In this document: positions 11,739 to 25,023 of the stretch, piece by piece
Layout of the letters: each line of letters begins with the position of its first letter
How positions within the stretch are numbered: position 1 is the first letter of the stretch
Source of the DNA: Amphiscolops sp. MND2022
Taxonomy: Eukaryota
DNA: 64,000 nt
Assembly (NCBI GenBank): GCA_964187785.1
Contig: OZ076419.1
Location: 32,116,001 to 32,180,000, forward strand
Direction: 5' to 3'
Position numbers and translations under genes: made by a program
The notes under the pieces: model-generated
Seen by the model: the letters and a program-made list of their open reading frames with translations, nothing else
Databases searched by the model: none
What the model was told of the DNA's origin: nothing

Positions 11739-12907
11739 TTATGAGTTCTTTCCAGGCTTAGCAGCAGACTCAGTTCGTCGACTGGAGGGAACACCAGACT
11801 GGACGTCACGAAAGAGAGAAGGCATCACGGATCCTTGAAGACTAGAGACAGAGACATCTGGCTGACTTGACCCAGGCACTAGTGGAGCCAGGCTGGCAGA
11901 TGTTGGCAGCACAGGCACATCTTCTACGACAGTAGAGGGTCGCATAGTCGCTGTACCAGCTACATCACATAGTGCCGCCTTGAGACGCACAACAAAGTCG
12001 TCAACAGCGATAGCCCCGACAGTACCGAGACGGCCCAACGTCGACTCCACAGTAGCCTTAACGATCTACCCAATTCCTTCTCCAGTTGACCAAGCCCTGG
12101 GTCACTCAGGGACAGACAACCACTGACGGGGACACCTAAAACAAATCAACCCAAATGACGAGGCTACACCAAAACAGCATACTCTGCTCAGTCTCTAAAG
12201 CCACCTTACAGTCAAAAAACCCCCCAACGACGTCACTTGTGGAATTAATAGATTATTACAGCAACCACCAAGTAATTTACGGTAACGGATTACTTACCTT
12301 TGCGAGAGACGAGGTAAGCTCTCAAACTGGCTTCAAACGTCCCGACAGCGGACGAAGCTGATGACGGCTCATCCGGGTGAAGCATACAGCGCAATACGCC
12401 AACAAGGTCGACCAAATTCAGCTCTTCTGTAACAGAAAAAATATACTAGCCTCAATAACGAAACGCAAGTAGTGAACAAACTGGCAAACCGCCCGCCCAA
12501 GGCAATAGTTCCCGGGAAGTCCTTACATTAACAACATCGGCCTGCGTTCAAACCAGCGCAGTATTCATGTTACACTCAATTGCCTTGAAGAGTCACACAC
12601 GTTGCTGATACAACACATGAAAATTATACAAGTGAAGTCACTTACGAAATTCGGGAGACAGCGCAATTTCCAGCAGGGAGATAGCAGTTTCTATAGTGGT
12701 AGCATTTAGACGTTGTGCGAACTGACAACACACGGATTCCGGCTCTCCTGCTAACATCTCCTCAGCTGACGCCTGTAAGCCCAGCTCTCCGGATGAATGA
12801 CTCAAGTTTGCAAAATCGCCCAAAACACCTTCAGCAGCCAACACGACAGTAGATACATCTTCCTCAGTTGAATCCATTGAAGATACAACTTCCACGACAA
12901 TACACAC
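11739..12907 (-). pseudogene. Further antisense exons inside element A (separate gene or 5' part of the hAT-like gene), degraded
   Basis: GTAAGT donors at 12645 and 12297; acceptors TATCAG at 12605 and TTTTTCTGTTACAG at 12427; ORFs 12638-12907 and 11739-12050; in-frame stop and probable 1-nt deletion. Confidence 0.45.
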
Positions 12908-13854
12908 GGCAAAGTAAAGTAAAATACGAAGAATTCAATCTGTGGCAATACAAAATGCGATCTACCAGGCCTCAACATCTTCACCGATGGATGACGTGAC
13001 TTGATCAATCACCTTATTTAATTCCGAAGATAATATCAAACTCAAAGGGACTCAGACAGAGTAGCCCGAAGTTCCAATTTACTACACCACAACCTCCAAA
13101 GAACAGCACAGTTCGATTCAAAAGATTGCATTTTACTGTGCAATGCCCTGATGATCCTGAACAAGAGGAAACAAGCCGCTTACATGAATGCCAACCAGAG
13201 TTCACAATCAAAGTACTGATTAATTACGATCCGATGGTAAATCACACAGTTGAGGTGAACACCCTAATACCAGATATTTACATGAAATTTTTTTGACTTA
13301 ATCAATGCCAATGTTTCCACCCGGTAGACCGCAATATACAAACATTCAACCAATCAACGCTAACGGTAACAAAAAACTAAACTGTCAGCGACTTCAACCT
13401 CGTATTTGGCAGCGACGAAGAGGAAATTTGTTTGGTGTACGAAGCCGCGATTACTCACGAACGACCACACTGATCACCCGAATGATTGATTACGCTGCCA
13501 CGTTTCATTCATTTCCGGTTACATTACCTACCAATACTCTCCTTTCAATGCGCACGAATGGATGACGTGGCCATCATCACCACATCAATCGACTATTTAC
13601 TCTCAACCGAAGCGGATATCCGAGTACACGAGCACAATTGTTCCTTCTCGCTTGCCACTACAGAACGGAATAGCACTGTCGTCGCAGCACTGAACCGAAT
13701 GAGCAACACCAATGCAGTTGATATCACCACGTCTGCCGAATAGTTTATTCACGCCGTTAAACAGATACCAATTGAAGCATAATCGACGCTGTTACATTGA
13801 CCTCACCACTCATCTACCAGCCCCTGAATACCCCTGCAATTCATTCTTTCTTTT

Positions 13855-13866
13855 AAAGAGGGGGAG
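13855..13866 (+). other. Polypurine tract of element A
   Basis: AAAGAGGGGGAG immediately before the LTR start TGTCA. Confidence 0.9.
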
Positions 13867-14908
13867 TGTCATGCCGGAAGCATGAATTAAATCGAGAAGC
13901 AACGTTGTCAATACCACTACATCAAGTTAGACAGTGGTCGATACAGGGAGAATACAACAATGAAAATGACAAAAAATATTCTAAACATTAAACAACTCAG
14001 TTAAACGTAAAATGCCTGATATTTCAATAAACATGAATTACTACTGAACAATGACGGGCCTATCCCATCATCAACAGTCCTTTTCCCAACGTGTAGTTAA
14101 CGTACAAAAGTTAGCATCATTTAATCATTATACTTTACGTACAAGTGCGTTCATCATGTTTATACTCAGTGTACAAGTGCTTTTCACCATATTTAGCTTT
14201 ACCAGTAACCTGAAGAATTACGTGCAATGATGGTATGTCGCCATCATCTTAAAGTTGCATCGATTTATTAAGACGATAGATGACTCACGTAACCATAGGA
14301 ACATATTGGTGCTATATTTCGTACGAAAGACCATTTGCGTTGCGACCAGCAGGACGCACCAATTAACACCTAATCAATAGAGCAATATCATTGGTCGAAA
14401 CAGTTACGTGACGTAGACGCGTGACCAGCATTGCGCAGAAAGTAACAAATGTTGAAATACCTTCAGTACAATTAACCTTCAGCTAACGTAGTGTTGTTTA
14501 CATCGTTAACATACAACTTGTAATTCTTCTCCTTCAATTTAAACAATAAAACTTAAAAACTCAAAAGTCTTATTAAAGAACCAGGCATGGTTAATACGAG
14601 ATCACAGCACGTAGACAGTTACGCAGCGAGTTCCAGTAGAATGGAACAGAACAGTGATAACGAAAGTGAGAATAGCTTTCCGGAAGTCTTGTCGAGAAAC
14701 CAGATGAATGAGTTTGAAGATGGAGATGTTTTTAACAGTAGACATAATCACAACTCGAGTTCAGTTGACCAACGTTTCATGGAAATGAATAGACAAATTA
14801 GCGACTTAACGAGCATTGTAATGGCCTTAACCGAGAAGATCTCATCATCATCTAATGAATGTAACGGACTTAACACCGTTAACAACCCGAACGTGACTCG
14901 TTCTGACA
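13867..14908 (+). repeat. 3' LTR of element A (1042 bp)
   Basis: TGTCA...TGACA terminal inverted repeat; preceded by the PPT; CCAAT-like boxes near 14360-14395; AATAAA at 14545-14550. Confidence 0.93.
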
Positions 14909-15024
14909 AACTGATACCATGGATTTGGTCCTGGACAAACCACCATGACACCAGCACATTTTGCCTCCCAAAGGTTGCCGGTCCCGAGGAGGGGAACCAT
15001 CTTACCGGACTCTCTCTGGCCTGA
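14587..15024 (+). pseudogene. LTR-encoded Gag N-terminus (107 codons) running into flanking DNA
   Basis: Near-identical to 41-362 up to the LTR end at 14908, unrelated afterwards. Confidence 0.8.
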
Positions 15025-16379
15025 AACCAATCTGCAACTGCTACAAATTACGGGAATTACAGTGGGATTCGCATCCACAGCATAAATAGCTCATAAAAAC
15101 TGGGTTTTCTTGAATAACTGATTTTGCCCCAGTGTGGGAATCATTACCAGGCAATTGTAGAAATTGATGAAATAATAACAGCTTTCGAGCAAATTAAGAT
15201 CTAAATACATCAAACATCACATAAATTTCTATAACTCAGTCCAGTTCAGTGGAATGTTGGATGTCGGGTCGTTGAGGCATCAACGCTCGAGCACGGGCAC
15301 GGCAAATTCCTCAAGTGGTCATCTGGGATACTGGGTTTGCTTGAGCCAAAAACGACACGATTTTTCTGCGTTTTTTGGGCAACCCGTAGTTTTTGCACCT
15401 TTTCAGCTGTTCTACACCGTGGTTCTTCTCGGTCGTCTCGCGCGCCCGCTTTTTCTGCTTTTGCTCAGCTGTTTTCTGGCAGGTACTTCATCAAAAACAT
15501 GCTCAGGATGTCACGTCAGATTTGAACGAATTTTTCAAAACTGCCAAAAATTTCGTTGATCAGCGGTTGCTATTACATTTGAAGCCGTTTACAAAATTAC
15601 GATTTAGCAGATTGAAATGTGGTGCGTTCCATTTTAAGTCGATGTTTTTGAATAAAATTTGACTTTTGTAGTGACTTTTTTGTCGTGTTTTTTTTTCAAT
15701 CCTGTGAGAGTTACCATTCCATGGTAAATGCCAATATTTTACGAAAATACAAATAGTTCGGGGTCCTCCTTTATTGTGAATAATAACGGTGTTATTATAC
15801 AGTCTTCGTCTACTGTTTCTAGGCGTTAATAATGTCCGCAGGCAGTTAGTTTATGTAGTCCTTTTTCATTCCTTCTTGTGTAACTGTACAGGCCTTGCTT
15901 TTTGTTGAAAGAATATCATTCTAGTTTAGTTTGAGTTCTTGATGGTTGGATTGAAATCAACAGTTTGTTGTTGAAAGTGTTGAGGGAGGAATTGTTGTGA
16001 TTAGTTGTTCCGTTTTTCGAATAACATTTGGTTGATCCCTTTTGATTTACAAAAGGCTAGACAAAATGCATTTTATTGAATTGGCGAACAGTAACTTCAA
16101 AGTTTTTGTTGCTATCTTAGTCGTGAGTGGATTGTTTGGTCCGTAGCGTGTGGCTTTAAATCTACCTCACCGTTGATATTGACGGGCTTCCCATCAATCT
16201 TGTAACGGCGTAAATCGTCTTCACTGACGATGCTCAAGTGATTGTCGTTGATTTTAGCAGTCTTTTCAGTCGGCGCATTTTAAGAAAATGAGCCCAACTA
16301 TTACAGTAGCAAGTTTTTTCGTCAGATAACAGAATGTATGCGTAGTGGACACTTTTTACAGAACGACTAAACTACTAGA

Positions 16380-16672
16380 CCGGCAAACGGAAACCCATCT
16401 AAGTTAGTGCAAAGGGTCCCCCCTTTCATTTACTCCTTTTTTGACGTAAGATGCAAAACCGGACGAGACTATAGGGTCCCCCCTTTGAGTTTTTTGGCAC
16501 TGTGCAACTTTTTTTCGATTTTTTTGTCGCCAATGGGTCCCTTCAATTTTTGATGTTTTTGCAACAAACTGAATTTTCAAAAAGCCGAAATGGTCCCCCC
16601 TTTAACAATTTTAAAAACTTTGCGCTTTTTGAGCCTTAGATATAGCGCCGACTTTAGACGTTCCCGTCTTTT
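16380..16672 (-). mobile_element. Probable short non-autonomous element with about 60-bp internal repeats (Helentron-like end)
   Basis: GGTCCC(CCCTT)-type motif about every 60 bp (near 16415, 16475, 16537, 16592); right end reads AAAAAAGACGGGAACGTC on the minus strand (small hairpin after an A/T run). Confidence 0.3.
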
Positions 16673-19024
16673 TTAGATTTGATTTGCCACTCTTCGTTCG
16701 TGTGAATTCTCTTCTCGGCCCGGTTGCCCAAACACTGCTGTTCTCGTGAGTTTCTTTCAGCCGTTGGCGGCTCCTCTCCCTGGCTCATTGGGTTGTTTGT
16801 CTTCGAGCATGTTAGCAGTTCATTTGATGATTGTCTGGTTACTACTGTATCTTTTTTGTTGGAGATAACGGGCTCTGAAACTTACCGGATTCGAATAGTT
16901 TCTGGTGTATTATCTAGTTCTAGCTTAATAATTGGTCGATAGATACTGTCTCATTGTTAAGGAGAACGGAATGAGAACTCGGAATGACTTCTTTCTGAAA
17001 CTATGTTCCTGAAACTGAGCTTCAGACACAAAAATCAGTCAAACAACTAGGAATCAACTCGAATATTTTGTGATTATACATTTTTATTCCATAAATTGCG
17101 AGCAAAAGTAGTAGACCAGAGGTGAGGAAACCCTCAAGTTTGAACTTAGTTTAACTAAAAATGGTCTTTCGTGACTTTTGCAGTCGTTCAATTTTATCGT
17201 TCAATTTCAAACAAATTTGAAAGAGATATCGGATTTTGAGATTGGCCTTTTGTTTTTTTTTCTAGAATCACTATTTTACAGAGACAGTCTGATGGTATAT
17301 ATGTGCTGAACAAAGACTACACACAATCTGTTACATTCAGACGTCTGTTTCATGAATGCTGAATGACATGCTGAATTACAACAAACTCATAACATGTGCA
17401 TCTATCACTCGTTCGGTCAACTTGATTTCTAAACCTTTTGTCAGGATGGAATGTTTGATACTACAAGAAGGGGGTGTTCGTTTGCTATTGCATTTCAGTG
17501 GATTCGATGAGCAAGCTACAGGTTCCGAATTCTTGATTTGTTCAGTATATTCAAATTGATATACCCGTGCTGGCACTCCACCGCAAGCCACCGGTGGAAC
17601 ACCAGTGAAAATCGGCGGAAGCAATTTAGGATCATCGTTCTTTATTTCCACCGGTTACTACCTCAAAAGCTGGTCTACCGGTGGGTGTAACTTGAGTGGA
17701 TCATCGGTGACCACCGGTAGCCTGCGATTGATTTCCAACCCGGGTAGACATTTGAATGGAAATTTCTTCACACCCTAAATAAAAAACAAAAAATTACATA
17801 CTAATTACATGCAATGTCAACGTTTGAAACTGGTAGAGAAAAGTATGGTTTGCTCATTGAGTCTGGCCCGAAGATCAATTATGTTTCCGACGAATTTTGA
17901 TAGTTTTTATATTTTTTTCAGCTTACTAATCTTAACTTTGTTCATAACATGATCACTCATCCATAAATCTTACATTCCGTTCATCAAACTCAATTTGATA
18001 CAAAGATTTCTATCGAAAAAAAAACAACTAATGAAGTTCACATCCACTGACAAGATTCAAATTTGAAATGTTTCAAAAGGTAAACTTAGCTCAACGCTGG
18101 TAAGGGCCTCCTAAAAATTTTCAAAAGCAATTTTTCCTAGTTACGTGAGAAAGCACCCAAATTATATATTATTTCGCATGTAACATTTATTACGAAAATA
18201 TTATCTAAGTCATATAAGAATAAGAATGAATTGTTTCAAACGTCCTCCGAAGAATGCTTGAAGGACCTTTGAAGATGAAGCAAAATCCTTCGAACGACCT
18301 TCAAAGCTCCTTCCAATGTTTCCATTGGCCTACAAAGAACCTTCAAAGGTTTCCATCGACCTTCAGTGGTTTATTATTTGCATTCAAACATTTGGGATGG
18401 TTCACACGATGTTGGAAGCGCCTTGAAAACATGATTCCGTTTATACTATTTTTGTAGCTGCGTTTGCGATATTTGCTGTGTTGCAAACATTTGGTGCAAT
18501 ATTTTTGGTCGGATTACGTCATCATAACTCTACGGCTTCTTCTAAGGAAAAATGAAATCTTTTGAATTTCCTTTGAAGGACCTTCCAAGGTATGTATTGA
18601 CCTTGACGGATTTTCAAAGAAATGTATTGCATCCAAGGTCCTTTATAGATTCTTTGAAGAAACCCATACTTGAAAACGTAGGGTATTTATTCGTATTAAA
18701 CGATAGCTGACAGATAATCAATGAAATCACGCGTCGATAATGAATCCACAAAATTTCAACAGTTCTCAAAAACATCATGTCTTTTTAATGAGCCGAAGAA
18801 CAAATGAAAATTTTCAAACATGGCTTTAGATTGTCGTCATGGAAATTTTTTTTCACTTTCAGGTAAATGAAATTTTCAAAGTATACAAAAAATTCAAATC
18901 ACTTAAATACTTCATATGGTTCAAGATCTAACCGAAATAAAGCAGGAAAGTCAAAACCTCAACGGAAAAATCACAAAACCTTTCTCTAGCAAACGTGTTT
19001 TCAGATCTTTCTCCGTATTTCAGT

Positions 19025-20005
19025 GTTGAAAACGCCATGGGAGCGTTTTCAACCCAATTGAAACCAGAGCCGCATATGCGGTAAAGGAGTCGGCTTAGGT
19101 CTTTTTCCTTCTGACTCGCTCCAATCCCAGTTATACAAATTTATTGAAATTGCACACATAGACCATACTATGGTGTAGAAAATGACTGTAGAAATTTTCG
19201 TTCGAATCGTATGGACAGTTTTTGCAAAAATCAAAAGTCGAAAAATGACTGTTTTTCGGCCATTTTTGGGTTAATTTTGGCTATGTTTCTCACATCCCAG
19301 CAATACGAATTTGATGAAATTACACACCAAGGACCGTAATATAGTGTAGAAGGACTCTACAAAATTTCGTTCGAATCGTATGGACAGTTTTTGCGAAAAT
19401 CTAAAAAGTCGAAAAACGGCTGTTTTTTGGAAATTATTGGGCAAATTTTGGCAATGTTTCTCACATCCCAGCCATACGATTTTGACGCCATTACACATAT
19501 AGGACTCTAATATAGTTTAGAATGACTTTAGAAAATTTCGTTCGAATCGTATGGACAGTTTTTGAGAAAATCGAAAAAAGTCGAAAAATGACTGTTTTTT
19601 GGCCATTTTTGGGCTAATTTTGGCTATGTTTCTCAGATCCCAGCCATACGATTTTGATGCCATTGCACATATAGGACTCTAATATGGTGTAGAAAAACTG
19701 TAGAAAATTTCGTTCGAATCGTATGAACAGTTTTTGAGAAAATCGAAAAAAGTCAAAAAATGGCTGTTTTTGGGCTAATTTTGGTCATTTTTGGGCTAAT
19801 TTTGGCTATGTTTCTCACATTCCAGTCATACGATTTTGATGCCTTTGAGCACGCATGGGCCCCTTTGGGGGTAAAACGACTGCAAAATTTTATGAAAATA
19901 GTATGGACAGTTTTTGAGAAATTTGAAAGTTTCATGAAAAGGTCGGGAGAAAAAAAAACGACACGATTGCATAAGTAGTCGAAAATTTTTTCCGACTCCT
20001 AAAAA
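19025..20005 (-). mobile_element. Helentron-associated non-autonomous element (HINE/DINE-1-like architecture)
   Basis: 9-bp subterminal inverted repeats AGGAGTCGG (19085-19093) and CCGACTCCT (19992-20000); hairpin around the right subTIR (19977-19997); palindrome CCGCATATGCGG (19070-19081); 11-bp stem-loop (19025-19053); internal tandem array. Confidence 0.6.
19150..19930. repeat. Tandem array, unit about 170 bp, about 4.5 diverged copies
   Basis: CGTTCGAATCGTATG recurs at 19199, 19368, 19539 and 19711, with a partial copy near 19895. Confidence 0.92.
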
Positions 20006-20517
20006 GTTTTCTTGAACTGGTTAAAAAATTTGCTTTCTACATATAAAGAGAAAGAGTGTTTTTTTGGAAAAAAACCCTGAATGACCCAAGTTTCCCTCCC
20101 GTTCAAGATCGGGCTTATACCAGACTGCAGTAATCATGACAGTACAGTCTAGCTAAAAACTCGAAAAATCTACGAAATGCTAGGTGCGTGAACTTTTCCC
20201 ATGTTCATCAAAAAGTTTTTATTTTTATAATTTTCAATCTTTGATCTTGATTAAAGCACAAGCTTTTCCCCGAAAAATGAAAACACTGGCACAAAACGGT
20301 TGTCATTCAGTGGACGAGTGGCCGAGTCGTTCTTTAACATTCATAGAGCTTACATTCTCTCAACTCCACTTAAGAAGCTAGAGGTTTGACAGCCAATCAT
20401 TTTGCGAACACGTCAAGTCAAAAGAGGCTGAATTTCCGGTTCTACACATCCGGTGGCCACAATATTTCACGTCCGAATTGTGTCGTTCACGGTTTTTCGT
20501 GTTTCTTTTGAGTAATT

Positions 20518-20699
20518 ATAAAAACAAGGCGCTCTCTGAGCACCGAATTTTTTTTCAATTCTGAACTTTATTTGAGGCGACATATTTTTGAGACTCGAGC
20601 GTAAACAATTGTTTACGCTCGAGTCTCAAAAATATGTCGCCTCAAATAAAGTTCAGAATTGAAAAAAATTTCGGTGCTCAGAGAGCGCCTTGTTTTTAT
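20518..20699. repeat. 182-bp spacerless palindrome (91-bp arms, one mismatch)
   Basis: Centre at 20608/20609 (AAACAA|TTGTTT); arms compared base by base. Confidence 0.97.
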
Positions 20700-23600
20700 T
20701 AATACAAAATATGCTGAAAAGTTTGGTTTATTTGTTGCCTTTTTTGGAAAAACCTTCATCTTTATCTCGAAAAGAGTATGCTAAGAAAATAATAAAGAAA
20801 ATATGGATATCATTACCACAAAAAATGCTTAAACTCACAAAAACTTACATGAAAATGGTCAGAAATTTTGACACTTTGTTGTTTATTTTAGGCATTTTTC
20901 CAACCAAAACAACTCGTTTTATACAAAAATTATGCAAAATCGCTAAATGCTTTGTTGTTGAACTGCAAAAAGTTGTTCAAAAATCCATAAAATTGGCAAA
21001 AAAGTTTTTTGTACGCATTTTTGGCTTTTTCGGACATTTTCAAAAATCAAAACCTTCAAATTTTCTATCAAAAAGTAAGCTAAGCATGTAATTATTTTGT
21101 CTTTGAAGGCTGTGGATGTTTTGACATTTTTGGCTCATTTTTGGGTCACTTCTCTTTCAATTTTCCGAAAAAGCTTCAAATATGCTTCGTCAAGAACATA
21201 TACTACAAATCTAATTTTATGCTAGATGAATTCTGTAGCATCAATCCCTCTATGATTAGTGTATAGAATTGGATCATTGCAAAGTCAGGCAAAAAAGGCC
21301 GTTGACTTCTTTTGCCCTTGTAATTTTTCTTTCCCTCATATAAAATATGGAGTCGGAAAAATCATTATTTGTTGTTCTTCATTTTCAGATTTCACATTAG
21401 GAAGTTTAAAAAAGATATGGACTGCAAAGAAAGATATGAAAAATGTTGCAATAAGCAATGTTAATTGAAGTGTATGTTCACCCAAATCTAATTGCCACAT
21501 GCCACCTAAAATTTTCGTCTGCCATTTAGACTCGCTTCCTACGTGGGTGCCTACAGGGGGGGGGTTGTGATTATCAGTTGCCAAGTTATTTCAGTAGCGT
21601 AAGAAATTATTTCACAACTATTACCACAACACGCGTGATGTGGCGTTGAAACCAAAGGCCTTGTTTTGTGTGTCCATAAAGAGTTGTGAAATTTTAATGG
21701 AGTCTTTTAGCCTTGCAATGATGACGGTCTCGCTTCCAGTTGGTCTAGACAGGGGTAACTTTAGGAGGTCTCAAGGAGATTGTCAGCCGTATAAGATGAA
21801 AAATCATGTTTTTCCTCTGAGCCATAAAGTAAATTATCAATCTTACTAACAATAGCTAGGAAAAACAAAAATATTTTCACACAATGATAACACACGACTT
21901 CAAAGAGCCGCTGCCTTGAGCCGGCGTCTAAAAATGCACGTGTGAAATAGCTCAAGGACGCAACTTGACAGAAAATCCTCGACGCAGATTAAATTGCGAA
22001 GTATAAATAATTTTCGCAAATGGAATTATCTTAAGTGGTTGAAAAACGTCTGTTGAATAAAATAGCAATGTGCCTTCACTGGTTAATTCAGCAACAACAG
22101 TTTCCATGAAGGTCGGCGGTTGTCGACTGAAATTTCAACTCGCGCCTTTGTTAATTCTTATTTTAGCAACTTGCCATTAACCATGCATTTTTCATGCATG
22201 CATAAGCTCTTAATTCGCTGCTGTCTAGCCAATTTCAAATCGTGAACAAATTCTTTAGGTATCAGAAGTGTGAAAAAAGCAACAAACAACTTGTGAACAA
22301 ACACTCATTCACGACCTTCATTTTTCTGCAGCGAACCAATTTGGCATCATTATAAGAATGAAAACCTTGAGATTTTCAAAGCTTTGCATTCATATCATGT
22401 CTGAACGTTACAAAAACTTGAATGCACCATGCAGCTTGCATGCACTTTTCTACTTACGATAGAAAACTCAGAATTAATGTCTTGAAACACGTCAATCATC
22501 TTTGGTATAGAGAATAAAAACAGTAAAATTAGCAAGAAAAGTTTTGTTGGAGTGAATAAAGCGTTTGATTTGCGTAATCAAATGCTAAGAGAAATTTCGC
22601 TTAAACCTCGAGACATTTTTGACAGTGTTTATCGAGGTTAATGCTACTTGAAATCGACTTCGGACTGTTTAGATTTACGATTGACTCAAGTTTCAGGGGC
22701 TTACAAGCCAAATTGGAATCAAATTTATTGGTACTTTTGACAAACAAAACTAGAAGCTGTATCGCATGCTCTGAGATTCCATGCAAACTTCAATGAAATG
22801 ACATTTCCATGAACTCTTGATGATTTACTATGTTTAACCCGATTTCACCTTCCTTGGAAATCTAGACCACAACTCGTAACAGGATTGTCATTATTTCACG
22901 GTACGACCGAGTCACGAAACGCATGGTAGTCCCATACATCATGCCCGAACTGTTCAATGATTCAATGCTTATACACAGTGTAGAAACTCTTGAAAACTAT
23001 TGATTCTGCTTTTCGTGAAACCTTTTGTAAGAATCTTGCCAAGATTCTTATCAAGAACTCCAAGAATATGTACGATCTTGTAAGATCTTGGCAAAATTTT
23101 CAAGATATTTTGCACAGGCATGATAGGGCAGATGAAAGTATTGGGCAGGTCACGACAATGCTCGCATCTACAACCTTAGTTCTCAAGAATAGATTGCTTC
23201 GAATGAACCTCGAAGAAGTATATTTTTCTTTCGAAGACATCGTAAAGTTATGACATCATACCGCAAACTGAAACTGACATCGCGAACCAAAAATCGAGCC
23301 TCGAATGATCGCTGCTCAACAAATATTGCTAACGGAACTTCAAACATAGTATTTACGGAATCATATTTTCAATGCATATCTAAAGGTGTGGGAACAATCT
23401 CCGAACTTTTCAATCTGAGGTCACAGGAACAAAAACAACACAAAGTACATGCTGCGCAGCTGAGTCAGCAAAATTTTTTGATCGTCGCTTTTGGAAAAAC
23501 GTGCGAGACTCTTACAGTGGCAAGTTTTTTTTTCAGGCACCATTGGAGGACTTTGGGGCAATTCATTGTTGTATGACTGGAGCTGTAAAATGTTGAAAAC

Positions 23601-24395
23601 AACCGCGAGTCTGCTTTTGATATTCAAATAGCTCATATCTCACATAGGAGGGCAATATTTACGTGGCAGACAAAAATGTGAGGAAGAATGAAATATCAAA
23701 TTCATCTCGGAAATCCGAGAAAAACAACGAGAATTGCACAAAGTTCTACACGAATTCAGTTTTGTGAGTACCAACTAGATGTGGGTGATCACTTGATGTG
23801 ACTTTCGAATCCAATTTTTTGAGGAAAGCAGCAGTACTTATATTTAGGGTTTCATTTTGAAGTTAAATTTGCAAGACTGACTTCACAAAAAACTCCCAAT
23901 CAAAAAAGAAGAAAGAGGCACGGAAAGAACCTTGCAGAACCTTCGTTCAAAACATTTAAAGAGATCAGACTCGAATCAATGCAGTCTAAGTGAACTATTG
24001 GAGCGAGTGCCTATAATGCACCCAGAACTTCGACGTGTGTTACAACCGAGGCATGCCAGGTAAAAGTCCTGCAAAAAGGCAAAAGCGTGCAAGATGCAAG
24101 CCAACGTATAAAACCAGCAAAACAGCAAAGCTATCACAGCTTGTATTGCAGCAAAAGCACAGCTGCTGTAATTGTATTTGTGAAAGTACGTGTGCGTACT
24201 GCCTTCATTGGAATTGGAAGCCTGTTGCTAAGAAAACGTTCCAGAAGATGCAGTCCGCGTGAACTTTGTATATATAGTGCCGGTGGAAACCCCAGCTTGG
24301 TAGCTGGCTGGACTGATGTCATGTTCTTTGCTCTTGATATTTTCACCGTGTAATTGTTGTATTCATTTTACGCGCTTCATTGCCGCTGCTTGAAT

Positions 24396-24809
24396 CTATA
24401 TTTTCAATGTGTTACGACTTATGCTAGGGCCGTCGTTTTGAGTTGAGTTAATTCTAACAGATTTTGTAGGGGTATAGAAACACCTATTTTCATTTTCCAG
24501 TTCCTCTTCGATATTTTCTCTTGAGTTTTCCCCTGTTTTAGGTTTCAGTAATATCAACATTTCCTTCTGGGATTCTACTAGAAGACTCTTGATTTCCGAG
24601 GTTATTTCTTCCTTCAAAGAAGCTCTCAGTTTTTCTAGAAAGCTATTTTCAATTCTGGGAGATTTTGCTCTAGAAGGTCCCGCAATACTTACGTCCTGGT
24701 CTAGATGACAGTTACTTTCCGCTACAAGTGGTGAAACTAAATCCTCACTTACACTTTCGGTGCTCTCCTGCTGATTGTTTCTTCTCTTTTGGCTTTTTGT
24801 TGTCGACAT
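24396..24809 (-). pseudogene. Gag N-terminus-like ORF in an older solo or truncated LTR (LTR end CGTAACA at 24410), interrupted upstream by element B
   Basis: Same architecture as the element A LTR ORF (low-complexity start, predicted coiled coil, ends at ..CA); minus-strand TATAAAT near 24960. Confidence 0.55.
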
Positions 24810-25023
24810 CTTTATTGAAACGATTCAGTTTTGTATTTTCTAATTAACTCTTGTATCGTTTTTTCACAAAGTTGAGAACGAGATCAAAGAAATTGTAGAA
24901 CAACTGGTTTTAGCAAATGAAAAGGACTGACTCCCTAAGAAAACGAAGCGCCTCATATTTATACCCTCGTAGCATCATTTGATCACGAGTAAATCACTAA
25001 TATTCCATAAACAATTAGTCAAT

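Larger units (their letters stand above)
1..14908 (+). mobile_element. Ty3/Gypsy LTR retrotransposon A (5' LTR truncated by the window start; about 15.6 kb in full; decayed gag-pol; large 3' extra region)
   Basis: 1-362 repeats at 14547-14908 (about 12 differences counted by eye); PBS at 363; gag with two CCHC knuckles; PR-RT-RH-IN order; PPT immediately before TGTCA at 13867. Confidence 0.95.

Noticed and set aside
18200-18680. Degenerate GAAGG/CCTTC repeats (and CAAGA/TCTTG repeats near 23000-23200) as a defined foldback element
   Set aside because: Termini and TSD could not be identified; probably old non-autonomous DNA transposon remnants.
19150-19930. CRISPR or coding repeat
   Set aside because: Whole units of about 170 bp are homologous, with no unique spacers and no sustained ORF.
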